Shown one piece after another: positions 63,877-64,000 of a stretch of 64,000 nucleotides of DNA (the stretch's first letter is position 1; each line of letters starts with the position of its first letter). The position numbers were made by a program, and so were the translations under genes. Below the pieces are notes generated by a model. That model saw only the letters and a program-made list of their open reading frames with translations. It ran no database searches and was not told the DNA's origin. Source of the DNA: an uncultured delta proteobacterium (GTDB lineage Bacteria > Desulfobacterota > Binatia > Binatales > Binataceae); contig CAWJET010000001.1 of NCBI GenBank assembly GCA_963842085.1, positions 800,001 to 864,000 on the forward strand, in the 5' to 3' direction.

Positions 63877-64000
63877 CTAGGAACTTTCTCCGTGCGCCTG
63901 GTGCCAAAGCGCGTTTACCTGGAGGGTCTCGCCGCTCACGACGCGGTCGCCGGCCTTGAGTCCGGAGACGACCCGCGCGTAGCCGGCGCGGCTCCACGAT
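63877..64000 (-). CDS. RND efflux periplasmic adaptor subunit (C-terminal fragment)
   Basis: Manual translation ...GYARVVSGLKAGDRVVSGETLQVNALWHQAHGESS*, a typical MFP C-terminus, directly upstream of the RND gene. Confidence 0.8.
   Translation of the reverse strand, partial: SWSRAGYARVVSGLKAGDRVVSGETLQVNALWHQAHGESS

Overview
High-GC bacterial chromosomal window. The 16S sequence and the gene mix (hopanoid hpnJ/hpnI, several crotonases, an LLM monooxygenase, an amidase, DUF748) suggest a Candidatus Binatia/Binataceae-like organism; this is an inference, not a database match. The window holds about 45 CDSs and one complete minus-strand rRNA operon (16S-tRNA-Ile-tRNA-Ala-23S-5S). It also contains a prkA(yeaG)-yeaH-spoVR module, a GT-C-fold glycosyltransferase cluster with a duplicated gene, pncB-LonC-Hsp20 facing a USP gene, ggt-arnT-flippase-like genes, queC plus a BMP lipoprotein, hpnJ-hpnI-DMT, and a CzcA-type RND pump. 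The most notable signals are four. (1) A repeat family (TGTCATTCAGAGC...GAAGAATCCCGG) has asymmetric left and right arms; one pair brackets a frameshifted GIY-YIG nuclease gene, and the family also occurs as an empty 100-bp copy and a tandem array, which resembles an autonomous/non-autonomous mobile or REP system built on a GIY-YIG enzyme. (2) Sigma54-type promoters precede prkA, a 61-aa Zn-ribbon gene after spoVR (a candidate fourth component of the module) and an orphan membrane-protein gene. (3) A secreted trypsin-like (NAL1-like) protease has an apparently permuted domain order, an ACG start codon and a truncated tandem duplicate. (4) The 16S rRNA mismatches the 338F/341F primers and the EUB338 probe. 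No CRISPR array, prophage or canonical transposase was seen. Several frameshifts could be assembly errors.
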